Below are positions 25,306 to 37,566 of a DNA stretch of 64,000 nt, in pieces. A program made the translations under genes and the position numbers. Numbering within the stretch: position 1 is the first letter of the stretch; the number at the start of each line of letters is the position of its first letter. Source of the stretch: Eledone cirrhosa (Eukaryota); the NCBI GenBank assembly GCA_964016885.1, contig OZ024744.1:56978001-57042000 (forward strand), in the 5' to 3' direction. The notes beneath the pieces are model-generated. The model was not told the DNA's origin. It ran no database searches and saw only the letters and a program-made list of their open reading frames with translations.

Positions 25306-25890
25306 CTAATGGATACAATTTACACTACCAGAACTTTTAGGTTTATAATAAAAGTAAGAATTAGAAATGGCGTGGGGGCAGGAAGAGAATATCTCAGACT
25401 TTCTATTAAGTAAGGGTTCCCTAGAGAAAATTATAGAGTGGGTCTCAAGGATACAGAGATTACAGAATTTAGTGTGTTGATAGGTTATTAGATCGTGCTA
25501 CTATTCGCCAATTAAGGCTATATGGTATATTAGCCCCCTTAAGATCCCAGATATGGTGTGCTAAAGAAGTAGAATTCTTAAACTTAACATGTTTAAAATT
25601 AGAGATATGAGAATTAAACCTAGTCTTAAAAGTGTTAGATGTTGAGCCTATATATGTGCTATTAGAGGAATTAGTTTTAACTACACAAGCATAAACGATG
25701 TTCCTAGCGAGGCAGTTACCGTTTAAAGGGCAGCTAACACTCACTCTACAGTTACACTTCCTGTTGCTATTGATCGGCTGAAGTAGTGATGCATCACTCG
25801 TAGGGTTACTATGAGATAAGCTCTGCTCGGGTGGTAAGGCATTCATGGATCTATCCAGACTAGTAGTATGCAGAGAGGAGTAGCCGTCCC
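25306..25890 (-). pseudogene. Penelope GIY-YIG endonuclease domain (Naiad-like), one frameshift near 25490
   Basis: CNCRVSVSCPLNGNC..NIVY..YIGST..FKTRFNSH..STSLAHHIW, then in the shifted frame TYQHTKFCNLCILE...LLNRKSEIFSSCPH; stop at 25306-25308. Confidence 0.9.
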
Positions 25891-26195
25891 TAATTTTCCC
25901 ATTTTAATTTCCCATTTTAATTTCCCATTTTAATATTATTATTATTATCATTATCAATTATATTATATTATATTATATTATATTACATATAGTACTGTAA
26001 TTCTTGCTTTATATCACCACTTGTGTTTAGTTTTAGTTCTTGCATTGTACTATATTTATAATATGGTTCAAAATGTTATTCACTCCCTTAGCAATTTTTA
26101 CTTGATAATTTTCCTATGCTTTAATGTATGTATACTCCATATTCTTCTGAGTTTTTGGCTTGTATTGGCCGATAGTGCTTCTTATAACTTTACTT

Positions 26196-26233
26196 GCCCT
26201 GATGAGTCCTTAATAGGACGAAACATTGTTGGC
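26196..26233 (+). ncRNA. Minimal type I hammerhead ribozyme (pLTR copy 2)
   Basis: GCC CUGAUGA GUCC UUAAUA GGAC GAAA C AUU G UU GGC. Complete core, 4-bp stem II, near-palindromic AACAUUGUU stem III, GUU triplet. Confidence 0.9.
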
Positions 26234-26825
26234 TAATAAAGACTTTTGATGTATTGAAGGCTTCTTTGGTTTATTTTCATAATATATATATATATATATA
26301 TATATATGTGAACTCTGTAGGTTAAGTTTCAGAGAAATTTTTAACTCGGAGGTTAAATGAATCAGATTGCATTAAAGTTGCTTTAAAAGTATATCTACTC
26401 CTTCCTACCAGGTTAAATTTCTAAATTGCTATTAATCAAATCTATTTCTCACAAAAAATAGATTTAAATGTAGTTATATAACCAAACCATGCCTACCTCA
26501 AATTTTTTTTTTCTTTTTTCACTTGACGAGTTTCAGAGGGGTGGGGTGATTTTCAAGTGATAAATTCAGTTGAAAGCTGTCTCTCTTTTCTCTTTTCAAA
26601 ATGAGGCATCAGAGACTATTCATTAAGGGTTTACTTTGATTTTATAGCATATTAAGAGTGGTAACATGCTGGATAATTTATAAATTTGTTTGTTGTTGCT
26701 ACAGCTCACCGATCTAGATTTAACTGTCTTTGCGAAATTACATTTCAGTCCTATCATGAAAAAGCAACACAAAATGAAGTGTGTTATTCATGAACAGATT
26801 TCACTTAGCCCACAATTATTATCAT

Positions 26826-27003
26826 TGGCAGTATCGGTAGAGGGTCGGACACCATGCTTTGATGCATAGTTACGGCCTTCGCCATTCTGAGTTCAAATCC
26901 CGCCGAGGTTAACTTTGCCTTTCACCCTTACGAGGTCGATAAAATAAAGTACCAGAAATGTACTGGGTAATTACTGGCCTTGTGCCAAAAGTAGAAACAA
27001 TTA
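26826..27003 (+). mobile_element. tRNA-derived SINE (gcctttcatcc...gtcgataaaataaagtaccag core)
   Basis: A/B boxes; same family as 39306-39490 and 9394-9580, with partial copies near 13250-13398, 31965-32055 and 42290-42475. Confidence 0.85.
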
Positions 27004-28301
27004 TCTTTACAATTATCATCACTTAACTATGAATATTACTGCTGTTGTCATCGTCATCACAGTTATTTGTGTCAACTTAAAGGCTATATTTCCTCTTTCG
27101 CTAAATGGTTAAGCAGAGAGTAGATGAGTTAGGTAAATTCTGTGTGTGTGTGTGTGTCCATGCGTGCGTGTGTGTACGTGTATGTATGCGTGTGTATATG
27201 TGTGTGCTTGTATGCACCTATGTATGAGAAGAGGGAGTAGAGTGGGAGAAAGCAATAATTGTTTTTTTTTTTCTCTTTTTAGTTCTTTATTATTAGAAGT
27301 TTCAGTTCTTTGATTCCAGAATCTATAGTTAAATATATATCTGTATTCCGTCCTGCTCCTACCATTTTAATTATTGCTTTCAATTAAATGCTGGGAATAT
27401 AAACTTTATCATGGTAACTGTTGAAATGTAGATTTAAATAAGATTTAATTTTTAAATGGATGCCAATTTGACATTAATGATATGATGATGAAAATGGACT
27501 TTTGAGGTAGGAATTACTTGTAGTAGTAGTAGTGGTGGTAGTAGTAAATGTCTGTCCTACTTGTTTACTTATATAAGTTGCTCATTTGATTGTCGACTTG
27601 CTATTTCTCTCATATATTCAAGAGTTGACAGAATGGATAAAATGCTTTGCAGTATTCCTTTTTTCAGCTCTATGTTATGAGTTCAAATTCCATTGATGTC
27701 GCATTCCATTTTTTTTCTTCAGTTTAATAAAATACCAGTGAAGTACTTTATCGATTCTTTCTCTATCACCCCTTCTCCTCTGTAATTTACTGTATTCAGC
27801 ACTGGCGAAGGATAAGCTCTGTAGGTTTAAATGTCCAAGACATATATGTCATGACTTTACTCCACAATTCCGTCATCAGGTCGGCATTTATAGGTTTCAA
27901 GGAAACAAAATGGCTAGGGAGTAGGTAAACATTGCAGACAAGCATTTTGTGGTATGGTGTTTGTTCATCCTATTTCTTGTGCATTTCATGTTTTTGTCCC
28001 TTTTCATCTATTATCAAAGTGTCTTGTTTTTGCCCCCATTTTTGTTGAATAGTTATACTGTCCCTCACTTCTGCCCATAAAACATGAAGTAAGGAAGAAA
28101 AAGAACGACTACTGAAATATGCAAAGAAGCCATGCACATGTGACAAGACATCATAGTGTACTAATAATTTGGTGTAGGCAATCATTGGTGTAACCTTCTC
28201 ACTATCTCTAATGGAAGATGTCTCTGTGGAACCTTTCTGATCTGATGGCCACTTGCAGGGCGAATTGTTTGTGCACATCACTAATTAGATGACCAGACAT
28301 T

Positions 28302-28738
28302 TCATCATCATCATCGTTTTACGTCCATTCTTCCACGCTAGCATGGGTTAGATGGGTTGTCCTGTTGTGGGCAGTGTCTGGTCAGCTGCCCTTGCCTTGC
28401 TCATACAGGAACTGATTCTGGCTTGATTTCTACAGCTGGATGCCCTTCCTAACACCAACCCCATTTACAGTGAGTGCTGGGTGCTTTTTTCCGTGGTGCC
28501 TACACATCCAATTTACAGTGTGGGCTGGGTGCTTTTTTGCCGTGGCACCTCCACGACCACTTTGCAGTGGAATGATAGGGACTCTAGTCCTATCATCTCA
28601 TTTCTACAGCTGAGTAAACTGGAGCAATGTGAAATAAAGTGTCTTGCTCAAGGAAGCAAGACATCACCTGGTCCGAGTATTGAACTCGCAACCTTTCGAT
28701 TGCAAGCCCAATGCTCTAACCACTAAGCCATGCACCTT
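28302..28738 (-). mobile_element. Full-length tRNA-headed SINE with RTE-type tail
   Basis: Reverse complement starts GGTGCATGGCTTAGTGGTTAGAGC...GAGTTCAATACT; body matches 60647-60987 and the RTE 3'UTR. Confidence 0.88.
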
Positions 28739-30689
28739 CATTTGGTTATGTTATTCTATTTTCTAGTTTAATATTGGTGGTTGCATGACCTAACAATCAA
28801 AACAGCATGATGAGGTAACCCAAATGTCTGGTAGTTAGCAACTAACCCCCACCCTGACCCCAAAAATGAAAAATTGAAAAGTAGCAACAATGTTAAAGAA
28901 AATAAAAATATGCATAGCCACGATCAAGGTAGGCTAAAGGTGCGCTATCACCTAAGGTGGACAAAAGGTCTTGTCCAAGTATCATGTACCTGACTGATGT
29001 CTGCTCTTAATAAGTGCTCATATGGCCCTTATGATTAAGGGCATCCCCAACCTATTATCTATTATGTAGCATGGTACCATATTAAACATTGTTCCTTGTA
29101 ATATTTAAATCAAATATATCATTCTTGATCCTGTCCTCCTTTTGTTTCCATTTACTCTAAGGCAAATAATATTCAATCGATATTTATGTGTCGCCATTAA
29201 TTCCATTGATTTTCTTAAACAAATGCCACAGTAGTACATTATGTGTACTTGGCAACACACCAAGAAGAAAGCTGTGAATTTCAAATACCACTAGGACCTA
29301 TTCTATTACAAAGATAAGCTGAAGGAATTTTAGCTTGTAAAAAGATATTTATGTACAAGTTGCACCTGTAAAGTCACACCTACTTTTACATACATTGTTA
29401 GCTCAGACTCACATATAAGGACTTTTAAGTCCAGTAGATAAGATGCATGCTGGATTTTACATTTTTTGCGGTTGTGGAGGAAAGGTGTAACTTATGAACA
29501 AGAGTATATATGGTATCTTTTTGTTTAACCTTTTTGTTCCTAAATCGTCTATGACCTTGGTTCTATGATTACAAATTCGTTTGATTTTAAATTATTTATC
29601 TGAAATTCTTCATAATTTTATGTTATAACCTTTAAGTTATATTCTAAATATCAACTTGATAACAAAGTAGTTATATTGCTGAATCCCTCCAAATTTTTTA
29701 TTTTAAAAATTATTTTGAAAATCATGAGCAGTGTTTTTCTTTATAAATATAGTAATGAATGCATTCATTACTATATTAGAGTAGTAGTAGTAGTAGTAGT
29801 AATACTATTTTTGAATGGGTCAATAGTTTACTATTATCCCATTCAAATGGGTTAACATCCATTTTCTTTACATTAATGGATGAAGTTATGTATTTGTTAG
29901 ATCAAAGTTTTTAAAGTTGGATCTCTTTAGTATTGCCAACTACTCAATGGAGACAACTGCCTGCTTTTTACTGTTAATTAAAGTTATATATTGCTGTTGT
30001 GGTTAGGTTCCATCTCTTAACTGTGTGATTAGCGGCCCAATTCCTCATGTCCATTGTTTCTTATAATCTAATATGGGAAAGTAAAATGTTAACTAACTTG
30101 AATAAACCCAGACACTGATATATCAACCAAAATCTTTTGCAGCCAAAGAATCCATTTGAATGATTTAAAAAGTTATATAGGATTAGTGTTTATCAGCTAG
30201 TTAGACTGAGCAAGCAGAAGTATGTCCTGCACAGAGGCAGAGTTCATTGGACAAAGCAACTTTGAATTCATAACCTAGTGGTCAATATTGTAGCAGTTTA
30301 ACAAACAAACCTGGCACAGAAACTGTAACAGTGTAAAATATACACGGCAGTCAACAGGTTAATTTCATACCTATCGTACTCAAACCAATGAATAAAAAGT
30401 CATCAATTTCTTTTTTTTTTTTTTGTCAGTCTTTCTAGATAGCTATGTGTTGGATTAGTTTACAGTACAGGATTCTGGTGAAGATTATTTCACAGGTGCC
30501 TCAATTGAATATTGTTTTGCACATAACCCAGTGCAACATCATCTAACATAGTTTAACCCTGTGGTTCCTAACTATTTCGCAATCAAGGGCCCTTTTTGTT
30601 TAAATGAATATTCCCATGGAAAGAGAAAAGGTATAAACTCCGTACGGTGTACACTATGTAAATGTTGGGTACAGTGAGATAACGAGTAG

Positions 30690-31389
30690 GCCAACAGGAA
30701 GGGAAGACTTTGTAGAAGATATACAGGGGTAATTGAGAAGATAACCAGTGGTATAAGCCTATTTCAGTCACAGGAAGGACACAGGTTGATAGCTTCTGCT
30801 ATCTAGCTGATGCAATTAGCAATGGAGGAGGGTGCTCTGGGTGCATAATAGCTAGAATAAAGATAGATAGAAAAACTTCAGAGAGCTATTCCCACTGTTG
30901 ACCACAAAAGATATCTACCTACGTACAAAAGGACGAAACTATGACACCTATGTGCAAAGTGTGTTGCTGCAAGGTAGTGAAACATAGGCTGACTGCTGGG
31001 GGCGTGGTTAGACTGGAGAGAAATGAATCAACCATGCTTCATTGGATGTGCTATGTGTGAGAGAGAAGCAGAGCTTGGACAAGTTGAAGGAGAAGCTGGG
31101 TTTAAGAGGAATTCGAGGTGGTGTGCAAGAGAGGAGACTGCATTGGTTTGGACATGTGAGATGAGCATGGACAATGATGGTTGGGTGAAGAAGTGTCAGG
31201 AAATGTTAGTGGAAGGAAGCTGCAGTAGAGGTTGACCAAAAAAGACTTGGTCTGAGCTTGTGAGAACTGATCTCAAATTACTGAGACTCAGAGGTGGAGA
31301 TAAAGGGATTGCGATGTGTGGAGAGATGCTGTGCTGAGGATCCGTCCAACCACGCAAGTGTGGAAAAGCAGACAAAAATGATGATGATG
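30690..31389 (+). mobile_element. Degraded RTE 3' part with short tail
   Basis: VDSFCYL..ISNGGGCS..ARIR remnants, QERRL.WFGHV remnant, and (GAT)n directly after the ORF end. Confidence 0.85.
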
Positions 31390-33495
31390 GCCACCCTTCC
31401 ATACAATTACTCCCCTCCCAGATTGATATTTAGTGAGAATAACAATCAAAGAGAGAGATGTTAGAGTAGAATGGCTACCTAATAGCAAGTGTATTTTATG
31501 TTGTAAATAAAAGTACTTGAAATTTAGAACTTAGCTCATGGCCCACAGTGTTCTGTAGGATCCCCAGGTTAAGCCTAAGTTTCTTCTTGGTTATCTACTA
31601 TAAATGGTTGTAGTTTGGAAAGAAAGGATTAGATTTTAGTATGAATCATAATTAGGATTGTGCCAAATAGAGGACAGAAGGGTGAACCAATTAGTTTTTG
31701 GTGGTTGAAGTAGTTAAAAAAATAACCTGTTCGGTTGGAAAATAGAGAATAAAGCTGTAAGTCTTTGAGTTATCGACTGTAGCAAGTGAATCTTTTGCCT
31801 TCTTTTGGAAGTGGCCTAGGCTGAGTATGTGTGTCCTGTATGTAACTTATTTTATATAAAGTTACATGGATTTTCTCTTTTTAATATTTAATTGTACCAA
31901 CTTGTCCAACCCATGCCAACATAGAAAGCAGATATGTGTTGATGACGATATCTCATTCATTATTGTTGCCTTTCATCCTTATGGGGTCAAGAATAAAGCA
32001 CCAGTAATGCACTGGGATAATTGCTGGCCTTGTGCCAAAAGTAGAAACAATTATTGCATTAATCTTGGTATTAACCCATGAGCATTTACGTTACTTTATA
32101 TATACTATCATATTTTTACTGTAATTATCTCACATAATAATATCAAATCTGAGCTTTTGATATTATTCATTTTGAGAACAATACCTTAACACCAGTATGA
32201 GCAGCCAGTTACAGCTGGTTTGAACAGAAAGAGGTGAGAATTCTGGTCAGATATGGACGTTTTAAATGCATTTAAAGAGTTAAATGCACATGCACACACA
32301 AACTTATAACTAAATTTTTAAAGATTCCTGACTTGAGTTAATCTACAAATTTCTCTATTGGAATGTAGGTGCTTTGCTTAAATAAAATGAAATTTATAGC
32401 TCACACCTATATAGGTTTCTCTGGTATATTAATGATAGGGGACCCAATTCTATCATAAAAAGCAATGTGAAATGAAGTGTTTTGTTTAAGAACACATGCT
32501 GCCTTGTCCAGGAATGAAACCTATATCTGTTCAATCCTGATTACAATACCCTAACCACTAGATCACATGCCTAGTGAAATAGCTTAGCAGGTGTAATATT
32601 GGACAACTACACCATACTGCATCACAAGAACTGAATTAGGCAACACCAAAGAGACTGGTATGATAAATCACAGAACTACACACACACACACGCACGCACA
32701 CACGCACACCTAAATATGACCTACTAACTGTTGCATCTTGTATAATATCTAATGTAAACATGGAGAAAGCATAAGACAAAGTGAACTATTGAACTTGAAC
32801 AATTACAAATCAGCAACAATAAGCTCAATATTTAGTTGTGCTGTGCTATTCTTTTAGCTAGTGTTATAATGTCATATGGTATTAGTTCAAACAATGCTTC
32901 CTTTCTTTGATTACAGTAGAACATTGATCTCTAATATACACAGGCTGCTTCAACATTATTGAAATATGCCTACCAATTATTACCTGGGATTCAAATTGTA
33001 TTTGAAAATAGCGTCAAGATCACTGCTTGGCCAATCCTCAACTTTGTTTTCACAAATGTCATTGTAAATGTCAATATTTATAAATTGGAGAAGTGTTCAA
33101 ATCAAGCAGATAGTTGGATAATTTGTGTAGTGCACTCTTTATTGCAGAGGATATTCCAAAATTGAAAGAATTTTTCTTTTCGTTTTGATTGACTTAATTG
33201 GGATGACAAAATGCCTAAATTTAAAATCCATTGTCGTTGGTTTAAGGTAAACTCTTTTAATTTCTTTTTTCTTTTTCTTTTTTTTTTTAAAACTACATTT
33301 GGCACATGGAAAGTAATGAGATTTAGTCTCATATTGACTTATTAAGATAGTTATTAACTGTGAATTGTTTTGATGCGTTCAATTTCATGGTGATAAGTAA
33401 TAAGAATCGGCCTTACATTGACTTGATCAAGCTTTTTGTTACCATATACAAATAATATTGAAAATAATCAAGAATTTGAAGGAATTAGTAATATA

Positions 33496-34076
33496 TGTTT
33501 CTTTATTAGCCACAGGGGCACAAAAGAAGGGGACAAATACAAAGGGGGAAGTTTACATACAATAAAAACGTGTAAAATACTATCACAAATGCAATTTAAA
33601 AATTAATTGATTTTTCCCAATAGGGGGAGACATATATGGGTAACACATACCCCTGAAAAAATGTGCAACTCTCATCTCCAGGAGTACGAAGAGTTTGTAC
33701 CCCTTTCCTCTTTTTCCTCAACCTACAGGCTGATATAGAGAGAAGGCCCATTCACTCGGGCCATTCTCGCCACTTTCACCCACCTTTCATAAAACTTGCT
33801 GGGGTACAGCACCTCTCTCTCCATCCTGATTCTTCTTCCAAAGTGGTATTTGAAAAAAAGAATCAGTTGTTGGCTGGAGAGAAAGGTGTCTGACCTCAGC
33901 CCTTTTAACCTTGTCCACCATACAACCTCTTTCGCCATAGCTATCACACAAAGGAAAACCACCTCTTCTTCGTTTTTGAAGGAGGGTGGCGGTTTGATCA
34001 TGATAATGGACTTGGTGGTCAACCGGATTGGTCCCACCCGCGACAATAGTCGTTCTACATAGCCCAACAGGTCGGT
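33496..34076 (-). mobile_element. 5'-truncated non-LTR retrotransposon 3' end (L1/Tx1-like)
   Basis: 17-bp TSD AAGGAATTAGTAATATA (33479-33495, 34077-34093). ORF 33723-34067 has AKEVVWWTR, like the AKxxIWxxR C-terminal motif of L1/Tx1 ORF2. AATAAA at the 3' end. Confidence 0.75.
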
Positions 34077-34544
34077 AAGGAATTAGTAATATAGTTTTCT
34101 TATTAAGCAGAAAATTGTGAAGGAATCAGTTTTGTATTGTAGATCAGGGGTAGTTTCAGCCAGCTTAGTATTAAAAGGATTAAGATAAACTTTCATTAAC
34201 TTTGAATTATTTTGATGTTTAATTTCATGGTGAAAAATAATTGATCTCATAGATTGACTTCATAATTAAGATAGACTGTAATTAACTGTTAATTATTTTG
34301 ATGCTTCAATAAGCACAAAATAAATTGAACACATCTAAAATCTAATATGTAATGTTATGAAATTTTTAAAAACCCACAAAACAATAATTTCATTCATACA
34401 TTATTTTGTTAAATTTTAATTTTGTTTGATAAAATGTTTGCTTGAAGCATTGTATCATATAATATATAACGTGTAAAGTGATATATGTATTAAGGCTAAA
34501 TAGTGCACTTAATTGTTTAATTACATGTATATTATAAATAACTA

Positions 34545-36612
34545 TTCCATCTACACAGTATATTATAAATAATTATTACAATTACACAGTATATTTTAAC
34601 TATTACAGTTACACAGTATATTATAACTCTTACAGCTACACAGTATATTATAAATAACTATTACAACTACACAGTATATTATAACTTTTACAGCCACACA
34701 GTATATTATAAATAACTATTACAACTACACAGTATATTATAAATAACTATTACAGCTACACAGTATATTATAACTTTTACAGCCACACAGTATATTATAA
34801 ATAACTATTACAGTTACACAGTATATTATAACTTTTACAACTACACAGTATATTATAAATAACTATTACAATTACACAGTATATTTTAACTATTACAGTT
34901 ACACAGTATATTATAAATAACTATTACAACTACACAGTATATTATAACTTTTACAGCCACACAGTATATTATAAATAACTATTACAACTACACAGTATAT
35001 TATAACTTTTACAACTACACAGTATATTATAAATAACTATTACAGCTACACAGTATATTATAACTTTTACAACAACACAGTATATTATAAATAACTATTA
35101 CAACTACACAGTATATTATAAATAACTATTACAGCTACACAGTATATTATAACTTTTACAACAACACAGTATATTATAAATAACTATTACAACTACACAG
35201 TATATTATAAATAACTATTACAACTACACAGTATATTATAACTTTTAAAACTACACAGTATATTATAACTTTTACAACTACACAGTATATTATAAATAAC
35301 TATTACAACTACACAGTATATTATAACTTTTACAACTACACAGTATATTATAAATAACTATTACAACTACACAGTATATTATAACTTTTACAACTACACA
35401 GTATATTATAACTTTTACAACTACACAGTATATTATAACTTTTACAACTACACAGTATATTATAACTTTTATAGCTACACAGTATATTATAACTTTTACA
35501 GCTACACAGTATATTATAAATAACTATTACAACTACACAGTATATTATAACTTTTACAACTACACAGTATATTATAAATAACTATTACAACTACACAGTA
35601 TATTATAACTTTTACAACTACACAGTATATTATAAATAACTATTACAACTACACAGTATATTATAACTTTTACAGCTACACAGTATATTATAACTTTTAC
35701 AGCTACACAGTATATTATAACTTTTATAGCTACACAGTATATTATAACTTTTACAGCTACACAGTATATTATAAATAACTATTACAACTACACAGTATAT
35801 TATAACTTTTACAACTACACAGTATATTATAACTTTTACAACTACACAGTATATTATAAATAACTATTACAACTACACAGTATATTATAACTTTTACAAC
35901 TACACAGTATATTATAACTTTTACAACTACACAGTATATTATAACTTTTACAGCTACACAGTATATTATAACTTTTACAACTACACAGTATATTATAACT
36001 TTTACAGCTACACAGTATATTATAAATAACTATTACAACTACACAGTATATTATAACTTTTACAACTACACAGTATATTATAAATAACTATAACAACTAC
36101 ACAGTATATTATAACTTTTACAGCTACACAGTATATTATAAATAACTATTACAACTACACAGTATATTATAACTTTTACAACTACACAGTATATTATAAA
36201 TAACTATTACAACTACACAGTATATTATAACTTTTACAGCTACACAGTATATTATAAATAACTATTACAACTACACAGTATATTATAACTTTTACAACTA
36301 CACAGTATATTATAACTTTTACAACTACACAGTATATTATAAATAACTATTACAACTACACAGTATATTATAACTTTTACAGCTACACAGTATATTATAA
36401 CTTTTACAGCTACACAGTATATTATAACTTTTACAGCTACACAGTATATTATAAATAACTATTACAACTACACAGTATATTATAACTTTTACTGCTACAC
36501 AGTATATTATAACTTTTACTGCTACACAGTATATTATAACTTTTACAGCTACACAGTATATTATAAATAACTATTACAACTACACAGTATATTATAACTT
36601 TTACAGGTACAC
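34545..36612. repeat. Two-variant minisatellite (27-bp and 31-bp units, about 70 copies)
   Basis: Units ctacacagtatattataacttttaca(a/g) and ctacacagtatattataaataactattaca(a/g), interspersed. Confidence 0.97.
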
Positions 36613-37330
36613 ATTTTAAAACTTAGTTGGACCTCCATTGGGGCCAATGATAATTGTTTCAATTGTTCTCAGACCTCATTGCTTTCTAGCTGAGTGAATC
36701 AGTGCAACATGAATGCACCATCAGGAATCAACTCATGACCTTACTATAATGAGTCAAACACTCTAAACACTAAGTTTGTTCCTTCACTTTAAATTTAATA
36801 CTTAAAAAATATATTGAATATGTTGAAATGTAGTTTCTTCAAGTTAGTTATCCTCTTATCACTTGATTTTATTTTTAATCTCAATATATACTCATATATA
36901 AAGCGTCCTGTCTGATACAAGTGCACCTCCATTTTACATACACCCTTTACAATGTAGCCTATAATTGATTTTTTGTAGGTCTGACGTATACATGTGTATA
37001 CACAATCCAGTGCAGTGAACTGGTAGAATTGTTAGATATATCTCTTCTGGCTTTGTGCATTCTGAGTTAAATTCTTGACTCTTATCACTGGGAATATAGT
37101 GGCGTAGTGATTCTTTACATGTCTGGTCATCTAAGCAACAGCATAAGTCATTGAACTCCAATGGATTTTACCACCCACAACCACATTTGAAGAATATTAC
37201 CATGGGTTTCATATTTAAATTAAGTTTTGAGGTTTGGCTTTCCATGCTAATATACCACCTAACATACTGTGGGGACCCAAGTTGAAATTACTGCACCAAC
37301 ATGACTGAAATCTCTCTTTTCTGAACTTAA

Positions 37331-37566
37331 CTCTTAACATCCTGTACCACATGAAACCACATTAGCAAGGCATTCCCAAAATTATGGAAAAGAAAAAAAA
37401 AACAAAACAAAAAAAACCACTGACTGGGCCACAATAAAAATTAGTTTTTATTTTAGAACTGCAACTTTTCACAACACTCTATCCACTAGTAAAGATACTC
37501 TAAATGTTTGAATTAACACACATCTTTTGAAATATTTTCTGGTAAACCATTACAAGATGTTAAGAG
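37331..37566. mobile_element. TTAA-flanked MITE, family 2 (TIR CTCTTAACATC)
   Basis: TTAA|CTCTTAACATCCTGTA ... TACAAGATGTTAAGAG|TTAA; related copies at 57857-58472 and 62223-62471. Confidence 0.8.

Larger units (their letters stand above)
23465..26283 (-). mobile_element. Penelope-like element, 5'-truncated, with inverted pseudo-LTRs (about 23568-23910 and 25928-26283)
   Basis: GIY-YIG endonuclease remnant, about 1.4-kb AT-rich 3' region, and two near-identical inverted repeats of about 340 bp, each carrying a hammerhead. Inverted pLTRs at the truncation point are characteristic of Penelope insertions. Confidence 0.9.

Noticed and set aside
25306-25890. Selenocysteine-encoding Naiad element
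   Set aside because: All conserved Cys positions in this fragment use Cys codons. The interruption is a frameshift giving TAA, not an in-frame TGA, and no SECIS was recognised.
34545-36612. CRISPR-like array
   Set aside because: Contiguous tandem units with no unique spacers, no cas genes, and a eukaryotic context.
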